DNA of 39,414 bases from Candidatus Methylomirabilia bacterium (GTDB lineage: Bacteria > Methylomirabilota > Methylomirabilia > Rokubacteriales > CSP1-6). Numbering within the stretch: the stretch's first letter is position 1; each line of letters begins with the position of its first letter. The stretch spans positions 1-39,414 of the forward strand of contig JBGQHJ010000027.1 of NCBI GenBank assembly GCA_041497895.1. The letters run 5' to 3'. Below are positions 9,081-17,682 of this stretch, piece after piece. The notes beneath the pieces are model-generated. The model saw only the letters and a list, made by a program, of their open reading frames with translations, did not search any database and was not told where the DNA came from. Made by a program: the position numbers and the translations under genes.

Positions 9081-9539
9081 ATGGCGGCGGATCGCTCGTA
9101 CGTGGCGGAGAATCAGGCGCAGCTCGCCCGACTTCGGGCTCTCGTGGACAGGCTGAGCGACCAGGAGCTGGCGCAGCCCATGCCCGCCGGCTGGACGGTG
9201 GCGGGCGTACTCGCCCACCTGGCCTACTGGGACCAGCGGATCGTGGTGCTGATGGATCGCTGGGGCGCGGACGGCCGGGGCACCCCGCCCCCCCCTATTG
9301 AGGAGGCCGCCGTGGAGTGGATCAACGACGCGGGCAAGCCGCTCTGCCTGGCGCTCCTGCCCCGGGCAGCCGCCCGGCTCGCGGTGGAAGCGGCGGTGGT
9401 GGCGGATCAGCGGGTCGCGGCCGCTTCCGACGCGCTGCTCGCCGCCAACGCGGCGGCCGGCTCCCCGATCAGCGTGAGCCGCGCCGCGCACCGGCGCGAG
9501 CACCTGGACGAGATCGAGCGGGTCCGGGCCGGTCGCTGA
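9081..9539 (+). CDS. DinB / maleylpyruvate-isomerase N-terminal-like family protein
   Basis: GWTVAGVLAHLAYWD and HRREHLDEI metal-binding His pattern. Confidence 0.8.
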   Translation: MAADRSYVAENQAQLARLRALVDRLSDQELAQPMPAGWTVAGVLAHLAYWDQRIVVLMDRWGADGRGTPPPPIEEAAVEWINDAGKPLCLALLPRAAARLAVEAAVVADQRVAAASDALLAANAAAGSPISVSRAAHRREHLDEIERVRAGR

Positions 9540-9548
9540 CCGGCGGCC

Positions 9549-10460
9549 CTACCAGCCCGCGTAGATGCCCTCGCGGATCGTGGGATCGGGCCCGCGCGTC
9601 TGGTCCCACTGCTTCTGCATCAGCACCTGGTAGAGGCCGATGGAGCCGTTCGTGAAGGCCGCCGACGAGCACGTCAGGTAGAGCAGCCAGGTCCGGTAGA
9701 CCTGCTCGCCCACGATCTCGCGCGCCTCGTCGGCGCGCGCCTTCAGGCGCTCCGCCCAGTGCCGGCAGGTGCGCGCGTAGTGCAGGCGGAGGTTCTCGAG
9801 ATCCAGCAGCTCCCAGCCCGCCCGCTCCATCTCGGTCAGAGTCTGGGTCACCCCCGAGAGATCGCCGTTGGGAAACACGTAGCGGTAGAGGAAATCGCTC
9901 TGGCTCGTCTCCTGCCAGTGGAACTCGTGGTGGATGCCGTGGTTGAGGTAGAGCCCGCCGTCGTTCAGCATCTGCTTCACCCGGCCGAAGAAGGACGGGT
10001 AGTTGGGGATGCCGACGTGCTCGATGATCCCGATCGCCGCGATCTTGTCGTACCGCGCGTCCTCGGGCAGGTCACGCACGTCGCGGTACTCGACCAGGCA
10101 GCGCCCCTCGAGCCCCTCGCGCTTGATCCGCGCGGTCGCCCACTCCGCCTGCTCCCGCGAGAGCGTCACCCCGTGGGCCTCCACCCCGTAGTGCTGGGCG
10201 GCCCAGATGCTGAATCCGCCCCAGCCGCAGCCGATGTCGAGCACTCGCTCCCCCGCCTTGAGGCGGAGCTTGCGGCAGACCAGGTCGAGCTTGTCGGCCT
10301 GCGCCTGCTCGAGCTTGCCGTCGGGGTCCCGGTAGTACGCGCAGGTGTAGACCATCAGCGGATCGAGGAAGAGCGCGTAGAAGTCGTTGGAGACGTCGTA
10401 GTGGTGCGCGATGGCCTCGGCGTCGTGCTGCTTCGACCGGGGACGTGCGGACCGGGTCAT
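9549..10460 (-). CDS. cfa: Cyclopropane-fatty-acyl-phospholipid synthase family SAM methyltransferase, catalytic domain only
   Basis: AIAHHYDVSNDFY, MVYTCAYY, LEQAQ..KL, VLDIGCGWGG, EHVG, YVFPNG, HYARTC; lacks the ~100 aa N-terminal domain. Confidence 0.9.
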   Translation of the reverse strand: MTRSARPRSKQHDAEAIAHHYDVSNDFYALFLDPLMVYTCAYYRDPDGKLEQAQADKLDLVCRKLRLKAGERVLDIGCGWGGFSIWAAQHYGVEAHGVTLSREQAEWATARIKREGLEGRCLVEYRDVRDLPEDARYDKIAAIGIIEHVGIPNYPSFFGRVKQMLNDGGLYLNHGIHHEFHWQETSQSDFLYRYVFPNGDLSGVTQTLTEMERAGWELLDLENLRLHYARTCRHWAERLKARADEAREIVGEQVYRTWLLYLTCSSAAFTNGSIGLYQVLMQKQWDQTRGPDPTIREGIYAGW

Positions 10461-11581
10461 GGAGCCACCTCCCGCATACCGAAGATCGAGTTGAACACGA
10501 TGCGGCGCCGGGCCCGCTCGGAGCCCAGCACGACGCGGACACCCAGGCGCGCCACCGCCTCGGGCAGGCTCGAGAGCCGACGCTTCAGCCAGCCGAGCTC
10601 GCCCGGGCCGTAGCGGTCGACGATCTGCCGGGCGTAGCCGTCGAGCGGCGCGCCCTGGCGGACGAGCGCCGCGACCGCCTCCGCGGCCAGGCGACCGCTC
10701 CTGATCGCGGGGCCGATCCCCTCGCCCGACAGGTCACGCGCGAGCCCGGCCGCGTCGCCGATCAGGCAGAAGCGGGCGCCGTGGAGCCGGCGGGGCGCCT
10801 GGCGCCGCACCACGTAGGCGTGCCCCTTGAACGGCGCGAGCGGCAGGCCCTCGGGGAGGCGCCCGGCCGCGCGCAGGCTCGCCACCAGCGCGTCGCGCCG
10901 CCGGGGAAGGCTGCCGTCGTCGCCGTGGGTACAGCCCACGCCCACGTTGAGGAAGTCGCGCTTCGGGAAGTACCAGCCGTAGCCGCGCAGGTCGGGCTCC
11001 ACGTAGATCTCGGGGGCGCGCAGGAAGGGCTCGAGCCGGGCGGCCCACTCGGGGGGCAGCCGCGTCTCGCTCTCCTGGGCCACCACCACCTCTTCCCGCT
11101 CGGACACCTGCCCGAGCGCGCGCGCTACCGGGCAGCGATGGCCGCCCGCCCCGATCACGACGGGCGCCTCGAAGGCGCCGTGATCGGTCTCCACCCGCAC
11201 CCGGTCGGCCCCGGCGGTGACCCCGGTGACGCGGATTCCCCAGCGCACGTCGGCGCCCGCGCCCGCCGCCCGCTCGAGCAGGTAGTGGTCGAACTCGCGA
11301 CGGATGATGCCGTAGCTGGTGGGATGCCGCCAGTCGGTCGGGTGGCGCGCGCCCTCGAACTCGAGCACGCAGCGGTCGAAGGGCTGGATCGTCAGCGGGT
11401 ACTTGTCCGGGTCGACCTCGAGATCCGCCAGGGCTTCCGGGGTCACCCACCCCGCGCAGATCTTCACGCGCGGGAACACCGCCGCGTCGAGCACCAGCGG
11501 CCGCAGCCCGGCCAGGGCCAGCCGCCACGCCGCGGTGCTGCCGCCGGGACCGCCCCCCACCACGATCGCGTCGTGGTCCAT
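10457..11581 (-). CDS. FAD-dependent reductase, geranylgeranyl reductase family
   Basis: DAIVVGGGPGGS, FPRVKICAG, RREFDHYL, GYGWYFPK, IGDAAG...SGEGI; ATG at 11581 overlaps the upstream TGA. Confidence 0.88.
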   Translation of the reverse strand: MDHDAIVVGGGPGGSTAAWRLALAGLRPLVLDAAVFPRVKICAGWVTPEALADLEVDPDKYPLTIQPFDRCVLEFEGARHPTDWRHPTSYGIIRREFDHYLLERAAGAGADVRWGIRVTGVTAGADRVRVETDHGAFEAPVVIGAGGHRCPVARALGQVSEREEVVVAQESETRLPPEWAARLEPFLRAPEIYVEPDLRGYGWYFPKRDFLNVGVGCTHGDDGSLPRRRDALVASLRAAGRLPEGLPLAPFKGHAYVVRRQAPRRLHGARFCLIGDAAGLARDLSGEGIGPAIRSGRLAAEAVAALVRQGAPLDGYARQIVDRYGPGELGWLKRRLSSLPEAVARLGVRVVLGSERARRRIVFNSIFGMREVAP

Positions 11582-11928
11582 CACCGCCTCCACAGGGAGA
11601 GGAGGATCTTGACCTTCTGGAGCGGCGTCACCCGGACACCCTCCACCGCGTTGGCCACGTCCATCGCCTGGAAGAGGTCGCCCTCCAGATCGAGCCGGCT
11701 CTGCACGTAGGCTTCGGCGAAATTGTACGGCGACGGATCGCGGATGAGATCGAGAAAGATCTGCGGGCTCTTGATCACCGCCGTGCACACCGGGACGCCC
11801 GGGCCCACGCGGACCTCCTGGCCGTCCCAGAGGCGGAACGCGAACGACGCGGGCAGGCCGCAGAAGATCTGGCGCAGGATGGCCGCCGCGCGGGCCGGAG
11901 TCGGGGTCGGGGCGAGGAAGGCGAGCAT
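11581..11928 (-). CDS. Stand-alone N-terminal domain of a Cfa-type methyltransferase (115 aa)
   Basis: FAFRLWDGQEV..GPG...TAVIKSP....LIRDPSPYNFAEAYVQSRLDLEGDL matches the N-terminal segment of full-length Cfa proteins; TGATG coupling at both ends. Confidence 0.78.
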   Translation of the reverse strand: MLAFLAPTPTPARAAAILRQIFCGLPASFAFRLWDGQEVRVGPGVPVCTAVIKSPQIFLDLIRDPSPYNFAEAYVQSRLDLEGDLFQAMDVANAVEGVRVTPLQKVKILLSLWRR

Positions 11929-12647
11929 CAGCCGCGGATGGTCTTCATGACGTCGGGGTTCTCGAACGCGCGGCCCGGCTCGCCCTCGAAGATGATCTCG
12001 CCACGGTCGATCGCGAAGAGGCGGTCGGCGACGCGGGACGCGGTCATGAGGTTGGACTCCGCGATGAGCAGCGAGATGCCCATGCCCTTGATCTGCTTCA
12101 CCGCGTCGATGAAGCGGGTCACCACCACCGGGGCCAGCCCCTCGAAGGGCTCGTCCAGCAACAGGATAGTCGGCGACAGCGTCATCGCCCGCCCGATCGC
12201 GACCATCTTCTTCTGTCCTCCCGACAGGTAGAGGCCACGACGCCCCGTGAAGGTGCGGATCTCCGGGAACAGGGCGAGCACCCGCTCGTCGATCCCGTCC
12301 GCCGACACCGGCTCGCCCCTCTTCCCCGCCGTCCTCGCCAGCGACTGGCTGATGAGGAAGTTCTCGGCCACCGTGAGGTCCGGGAAGATGCCCGCGTCCT
12401 CCGGAGAATACCCGATTCCGGCCAGCGCGCGCTTGTGGGTGGGGACCCGCGTGATGTCCTGGCCCGCGAAGGCGATGCGACCGCTCTTGACCGGCAGCAG
12501 GCCCATGACGCTGTCGATGGTGGTGGTCTTGCCGGCCCCGTTGCGGCCGACCAGGCAGACCGACTCCCGGTCTCCCACCGTGAGCGACAGGTTGCGGAGC
12601 ACGTGCGCGGGCCCCCGATACGTGTTGATGCGCTCGACGTCCAGCAT
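11928..12647 (-). CDS. livF: HAAT-family ABC transporter ATP-binding protein (LivF-like)
   Basis: GRNGAGKTT, LSGGQKKM, LLLDEP. Confidence 0.9.
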   Translation of the reverse strand: MLDVERINTYRGPAHVLRNLSLTVGDRESVCLVGRNGAGKTTTIDSVMGLLPVKSGRIAFAGQDITRVPTHKRALAGIGYSPEDAGIFPDLTVAENFLISQSLARTAGKRGEPVSADGIDERVLALFPEIRTFTGRRGLYLSGGQKKMVAIGRAMTLSPTILLLDEPFEGLAPVVVTRFIDAVKQIKGMGISLLIAESNLMTASRVADRLFAIDRGEIIFEGEPGRAFENPDVMKTIRG

Positions 12648-12650
12648 CGA

Positions 12651-13400
12651 TCAGGTCCCGAGCATGTTGGCGGTGACCTGCGCGTTGCTCCGGATCTGCT
12701 CCGGGCTGCCGTCGGCCAGGATGGTTCCCTGATGCATCGCGATGATCCGGGGGCAGTAGGTGAACACCACGTCCATGTCGTGCTCGACGATCACCGCGGT
12801 GATGCCGCCCGAGCGCACCACCTGGGTGATGATGTCCATGATCGGGGCCTTCTCCCGCGTGCTCACCCCGCTGGTGGGCTCGTCGAGGAAGAGCAGCTTG
12901 GGGCGCAGCGCGTAGGCCACCGCCACGTCTAGGAGCTTGCGCTCGCCCTGCGACAGCCCGCCCGCCGGGGAGTCGGCGCGCGCGTCCAGGCCGAACTGCT
13001 TCAGCACCGCGGCTCCCTCGTCGCGGACCCCGGTGTCGGCGTCGGCGAGCGAGAGCAGGCGCCGGGTGCGACCCTCGCGCGAGAAGATCGCGAGGGCCAC
13101 GTTGTCCTGGACCGAGAGATGATCGAAGAGGTTCACGAGCTGGAAGCTGCGGGCGATGCCGAGCCCGATCTTGTGGTGGATCGAGGCCCGGGTGATGTCG
13201 GCCCCCTGGAAGTCGACGCGGCCCGAGTCCGGGGCGATCAGCCCGCTGATCAGGTTGATCAGCGTGGTTTTCCCCGCCCCGTTGGAGCCGATGAGGGCGA
13301 GCACCTCGCCCGCCGCCACCGTCAAGTCCACGTGGTCCACCGCGTGGGTGTCCCCGAAGGACTTGGTGAGCTGGGTGGTCTTGAGGAGATCCACGATCAC
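12651..13400 (-). CDS. livG: HAAT-family ABC transporter ATP-binding protein (LivG-like)
   Basis: GSNGAGKTT, ARSFQ, LFLDEPTSG, VEHDM; GTG at 13400 overlaps the upstream stop. Confidence 0.9.
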   Translation of the reverse strand: MIVDLLKTTQLTKSFGDTHAVDHVDLTVAAGEVLALIGSNGAGKTTLINLISGLIAPDSGRVDFQGADITRASIHHKIGLGIARSFQLVNLFDHLSVQDNVALAIFSREGRTRRLLSLADADTGVRDEGAAVLKQFGLDARADSPAGGLSQGERKLLDVAVAYALRPKLLFLDEPTSGVSTREKAPIMDIITQVVRSGGITAVIVEHDMDVVFTYCPRIIAMHQGTILADGSPEQIRSNAQVTANMLGT

Positions 13401-14377
13401 ACCGCCCGCACCGGGCGCGGGAGCAGGCGCCGTAGCGTGCCCACGATGCCCGCGGGCAGGGCCAGCACCAGCACCACCAGCACGATGCCCAGCACCATTT
13501 GCCAGTACACGGTGTAGCCGACCGCCCAGTTCTCGAGGTAGTTGAAGATGATGGCACCGATGATGGGGCCGAAGAAGGTCTGGAAGCCGCCCAGCACGGT
13601 GAAGAAGACCATCTTGCCGGAGAACGTCCAGTGCATGATCTCCGGCGTGGTGAGGCCGTTCAGCGGGACCCACAGCGCCCCCGCCAGCCCGGTGAAGATG
13701 CCGGAGATGACGAAGGCCACCCAGCGGTAGTGCCAGACCTGCACGCCCACGAACTCGGCCCGAGTCTCATTGTCTCGAATGGCCTGGAGCGCCTTGCCGA
13801 AGGGGGAGTGCACGATGACCCACATGACCGCCACCGCGATCACGAACACCGCGAGTACGTAGAAATAGTACCGATGCGAGAGGAAGTCCTGCTTGTCTCC
13901 GCCCGTCTGCACGAGGCCGCCCAGCAGGGTCGGCGTCGGCACCCGGAGGCCGTCGCTGCCGCCGGTCACCCAGAAGAACTTGAAGGCCAGGCTCCACAGC
14001 ACCTGGGAGAGGGCCATGGTGAGGATGCCGAAGAAGATCTTGGTGTACCGCACGCAGAGCAGCCCGAAGAGCGCGGCCACCAGTCCCGAGGCCACGATGC
14101 CGCCCAGCAGGAAGGCCTCCATGGACTCGAGCTTCGCGTACTTCACGATGAACGCCACCGCGTAGGCTCCCACTCCGAAGTAGGCGGAGTGGCCGAAGGA
14201 GAGCAGTCCGGTGTAGCCCAGCAGCAGGTTGAAGCCGAGCGCGGCGATCGCCAGGACCAGGCCGTAGGAGAGCAGCACAGTCTGCCACGGCGGCACCAGG
14301 AACGGAAGCACGATCAGCGCGGCCAGCACGGGAGCAGACCAGGCGAGCACCCGGCGTGGCGCCGCGGCGGCGCTCAT
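13397..14377 (-). CDS. livM: HAAT-family ABC transporter permease (LivM-like)
   Basis: GFNLLLGYTGLLSFGHSAYFG, TGGSDG, SPFGKALQAIRDNE; ATGA overlap at 14374-14377. Confidence 0.9.
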   Translation of the reverse strand: MSAAAAPRRVLAWSAPVLAALIVLPFLVPPWQTVLLSYGLVLAIAALGFNLLLGYTGLLSFGHSAYFGVGAYAVAFIVKYAKLESMEAFLLGGIVASGLVAALFGLLCVRYTKIFFGILTMALSQVLWSLAFKFFWVTGGSDGLRVPTPTLLGGLVQTGGDKQDFLSHRYYFYVLAVFVIAVAVMWVIVHSPFGKALQAIRDNETRAEFVGVQVWHYRWVAFVISGIFTGLAGALWVPLNGLTTPEIMHWTFSGKMVFFTVLGGFQTFFGPIIGAIIFNYLENWAVGYTVYWQMVLGIVLVVLVLALPAGIVGTLRRLLPRPVRAV

Positions 14378-15261
14378 GCGCGGCCCAGGATGCCCGCGGG
14401 CCGGATGAAGAGCACGATCGCTGCCATCAGGTAGAGGACGGCCAGCTCGATCTCCGGAAAGAACGTGATGCCCGCTTCGCGCACGAGCCCCACCATGAGC
14501 GCGCCGATCAGGGCGCCCTCGAGGCTGCCGAGCCCGCCGATCACCACCACCACGAAGGCCAGGATCAGGGCGTCCACCCCCATGCCCAGCACCGCACCCT
14601 GCTGGGGCATGATCACCGCGCCGCCCAGGCCAGCCATGAAGCAGCCGAGGGTGAAGGCCTGCACGTAGACGCGGTTGACGTTCACGCCCAGGGCCGAGGC
14701 CATCCGCATGTTCTGCGAGGTGGCGCGCAGCACCACCCCGAACGAGGTCCGGTACACGAAGGCCCAGAGACCCGCCGCGGCGACGCCCCCGACGACGACC
14801 ACGGCCAGGTTGTAGGTCGGGTAGATCGAATCGCCGATGGTGAGGCTGCCGAGCGCCTCGTAGAGCGCGCTCGCCTGCAGCGGATAGGGTCCCCACAGGA
14901 ACCGCATGAGGTCTTCGAGGATCAGGAGCAGCCCGAAGGTGATGAGGAGCTGGTACTCCTCGGCGCGCCGGTAGAGCGGGCGGAGCAGCGTGGGCTCGAG
15001 TACCGCGCCCAGAAGCGCGGCGGCCAGCGCCCCCACTGGCAGGAGCGCGTACATCCACAGGCTCGCCTCGGTGGCGGAGCCGAGGGCTCGCCCGACCGCC
15101 CACGCGCTCACGTAGGCGCCGAAGGCGTAGAGGTTGCCGTGGGCCAGGTTCACGATTCGCATGACCCCGTAGATCAGGCTCAATCCGCCCGCGATCAGGA
15201 ACATCACCGACGCGTAGAGGAGCGCGTTGAGGAGGTGGACTACGAGGGTCGGGATGTCCAT
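14374..15261 (-). CDS. livH: HAAT-family ABC transporter permease (LivH-like)
   Basis: GLSLIYGVMRIVNLAHG, FGVVLRATSQN, AFVVVVIGGLGS. Confidence 0.9.
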   Translation of the reverse strand: MDIPTLVVHLLNALLYASVMFLIAGGLSLIYGVMRIVNLAHGNLYAFGAYVSAWAVGRALGSATEASLWMYALLPVGALAAALLGAVLEPTLLRPLYRRAEEYQLLITFGLLLILEDLMRFLWGPYPLQASALYEALGSLTIGDSIYPTYNLAVVVVGGVAAAGLWAFVYRTSFGVVLRATSQNMRMASALGVNVNRVYVQAFTLGCFMAGLGGAVIMPQQGAVLGMGVDALILAFVVVVIGGLGSLEGALIGALMVGLVREAGITFFPEIELAVLYLMAAIVLFIRPAGILGRA

Positions 15262-15282
15262 GGGCGGATACGATGCCTCAAC

Positions 15283-17682
15283 TCAGGGGGCGGCATCAAC
15301 CCGGAACTGCGCGGTCGCGACCTCGGGACTCACGTAGTTGTCCCCCAGGACCAGGGCCACCAGGGCGGTATAGGCCCCCGGCTTGAGCCGGCCCTTCAGG
15401 TCGACCACCACCCGGTGGGCCTGCACGTCGTGGGAGATACCGGCGGCGGCCACGCGGCCGTCAGCGGCCACGATCACGAAGCGGCAGGCGGGCACGTCGA
15501 CCTTGTCCTCGTCGGCCCCGGAGCCGAGCGGCTCCCGTACGAGCCGGTACTGGCGGAGGAACTTCTCGAGCCGCTCGATCTCGGGGGCGATCTCGAGCCG
15601 GTCGCCACGCGCGGTGATGCGCGCGACGTAGGCCCGGCGCGGGATGGCGAAGCGGTCGTACGTCCCCACCCCGAGCGGGCTGGTCATGTCGCGGAAGACC
15701 TGGAGCACCACCGCCGCGTCGCTCCACTTCTCGAGCTGGTAGGGTCCGCTCGTCACGAGATAGTGCCCGCGCCGCTGTGCGAACTGTCGCAGGGCGGCCC
15801 AGCGCGCGTGTGCCTCGTCCGCGCTGACCAGCCGGCGCAGCGCCGCCGGCACGTGGTTCTCGCGCGCGAGCCCGTCCAGGATGGCGCCGAGCGCCTCGCG
15901 CGTCTTGGCGTCGCGTGCGAGATCGAGCCAGCGCACCCCGCGGCGCCGGGCCTCGCCCGCGGAGAAGGCGCCCACTCCGCGCTTGACCGCCTCCTCCATC
16001 AGCACGGTCACGTGCCACGGCACCGGGCTCCACGGCGGGGCCAGGGCGGCCAGCTCCTGCGGATCGGTCGACGCCGCGTTCAGGTAGACCTCCACCACCG
16101 GCACCACGTAGGTGAAGGTGATGTCGGCATAGCGTCGCACCTCGCTGTCGACCTTCACCACCCGCACGCCGGCCAGGGCCTGGCGCGCGGCCTGGGTGGC
16201 CGCGTCGACCGCGGGGTCGTACTCCACGCCGGGCGGGGCGCGCCGGGTGCCCCAGCGCGCCGCGAAAGCGTAAGGGTAGATCGCGTCCGCGGGGCCGAGG
16301 CGCGTGTTGTCGTGCGCAGCCGAGGCCCAGAGCCGGTAGACCACCTTGGCCTTCGCGGTCTTGCCCTTTCCGACCTCGCGCAAGAGGCCGGTCCCCGGCT
16401 CGGGTAGCACGGCGTCCTCGGGAATCTCCACGCCGGCCGGACCGCCCACCACCACCGCGGCCGGCACCGCTCGATGCGGGACCGGGCCCGCCCCGTAGGG
16501 CCCGGGCAGGAACGCGGGATCGCCGAGCGCGGCCCAGAGGAGCCGGCCGGCCGGATCGCTGAAGCCGGCGACCGGGTTCCACGCCGCGGTGGGGCGCGCA
16601 CCGATGCCGACCCGCATCCAGCCGTTCCAGGGAAAGTCCTTGAGCTTGGCGGTGCGCACGAAGATGTCCGAGTCGAAGCCGCCCTGGGAGTCCCACGCGA
16701 TGTTCTCGATGCCCTGCGAGAACTCGGCGTTGAACGGCTCCCGCCGCAGCGAGTAGCCCACGACCATGCGCTCGCAGCCTCCACCCAGGCGGCCGACCAG
16801 GCGCCGCGCGAGGTCGGCGCGCTCGGCGGGGCCGTCGTAGGCGCCGGTGACGAGCCGGCGGTAGAGCTGATCCGCCGCCTGCCGGGCCGCGGGGTCGGTC
16901 ATCGTCGGGGCCTGGAGCAGGTAGGCCTGGAACCATCCCTCCTTGACCCACGGGGGCCTGAACGAGCCGCCCCCGGTGACCGCGTAGGGAGCGAGCAGGG
17001 CCTCCAGATCGACCTCCTCGAGGACGGTGTCGCCGGGCTTCGCGCCGGCGCCGTCCTTCGACGCCTTGAGCAGCCGCTCGGCGAGGGCGCCGCGGGCGAC
17101 CAGGCGCGGCGGCGCGTCCGGGGGTGCGCTCTCCACCGCCCGCCGGGCCGCCTCGATCAGGTCGAAGTGCTCGAGGTAGTCGCCGTGGTACGGGGTGACC
17201 GGGTACGCGTACGGCACGAACCCGGCGACCCGCGCCGCGCCGACCGCCCGGGCGGCGCGGCGCGCGCCGGCGCAGCGTGCCGCCGCGTCCGGCGTCGGCG
17301 CGCCGGCGGTGGCCACGACGTAGCCCGCGAGCGACTCCACCGCGCTCACGTTGGCGGGGAGCCGGCCGCCCGCGAACGGATCGGCCCCCGCGTAGGCGTG
17401 GAGCGTGCTGTTGCGGAGCAGCGGGACCGCCGCCGCCGGCGTCAGCGTCTCGACGCGGATCTCCTGCGGATAGTAACCGGGGTAGAACGGCAGCTCGTGG
17501 CCCGCGCGCGCGGGCACGAGCGCGCCCGCGAGAGTGACGAGAGCCGCGACGACGCCGGTGAGGAGCCGGACTCGCGGGCCTCGCCCTCTCCCCCTTGCGG
17601 GGGAGAGGGCTCCTTCGATCCCCCTCTCCCCCGCAAGGGGGAGAGGGCCGGGGTCAGAAGCCGGCGTGACCGCCGACCTCAG
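15283..17682 (-). CDS. Large exported protein resembling archaeal-type (COG3889-like / family 5) solute-binding proteins; start codon uncertain
   Basis: WNPVAGFSD, ARWG...YDP, VEVY, PWHV..LMEEAV..G..AFS, WLDL, SGPYQL recall archaeal SBPs. The first canonical start (GTG 17517) lies at the end of a signal peptide; the frame stays open upstream to a CTG at 17682 that overlaps the upstream stop. Confidence 0.7.
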   Translation of the reverse strand: MRSAVTPASDPGPLPLAGERGIEGALSPARGRGRGPRVRLLTGVVAALVTLAGALVPARAGHELPFYPGYYPQEIRVETLTPAAAVPLLRNSTLHAYAGADPFAGGRLPANVSAVESLAGYVVATAGAPTPDAAARCAGARRAARAVGAARVAGFVPYAYPVTPYHGDYLEHFDLIEAARRAVESAPPDAPPRLVARGALAERLLKASKDGAGAKPGDTVLEEVDLEALLAPYAVTGGGSFRPPWVKEGWFQAYLLQAPTMTDPAARQAADQLYRRLVTGAYDGPAERADLARRLVGRLGGGCERMVVGYSLRREPFNAEFSQGIENIAWDSQGGFDSDIFVRTAKLKDFPWNGWMRVGIGARPTAAWNPVAGFSDPAGRLLWAALGDPAFLPGPYGAGPVPHRAVPAAVVVGGPAGVEIPEDAVLPEPGTGLLREVGKGKTAKAKVVYRLWASAAHDNTRLGPADAIYPYAFAARWGTRRAPPGVEYDPAVDAATQAARQALAGVRVVKVDSEVRRYADITFTYVVPVVEVYLNAASTDPQELAALAPPWSPVPWHVTVLMEEAVKRGVGAFSAGEARRRGVRWLDLARDAKTREALGAILDGLARENHVPAALRRLVSADEAHARWAALRQFAQRRGHYLVTSGPYQLEKWSDAAVVLQVFRDMTSPLGVGTYDRFAIPRRAYVARITARGDRLEIAPEIERLEKFLRQYRLVREPLGSGADEDKVDVPACRFVIVAADGRVAAAGISHDVQAHRVVVDLKGRLKPGAYTALVALVLGDNYVSPEVATAQFRVDAAP
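17583..17648. repeat. Pair of inverted REP-like palindromes (CCCTCTCCC...GGGAGAGGG type)
   Basis: CCCTCTCCCCCTTGCGGGGGAGAGGG at 17584-17609 and its exact reverse complement at 17622-17647; each copy is itself a hairpin. Confidence 0.85.

Noticed and set aside
11929..13557. 658-aa ORF 11581..13557 as a single gene
   Set aside because: The upstream part overlaps livF and livG out of frame; only the ATG-11928 portion is protein-like.
14356..16407. Long antisense or alternative-frame ORFs (e.g. 14356..16407, 7516..9156, 24040..25932, 31109..33283, 17868..19190)
   Set aside because: They are Arg/Gly/Pro-rich, have no family motifs, and overlap well-supported genes. Such ORFs are expected from stop-codon scarcity at high GC.
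17583..17648. Possible CRISPR repeat or MITE
   Set aside because: There are only two inverted copies 12 nt apart, with no spacers, cas genes or evident target duplication; it fits a REP-like element.
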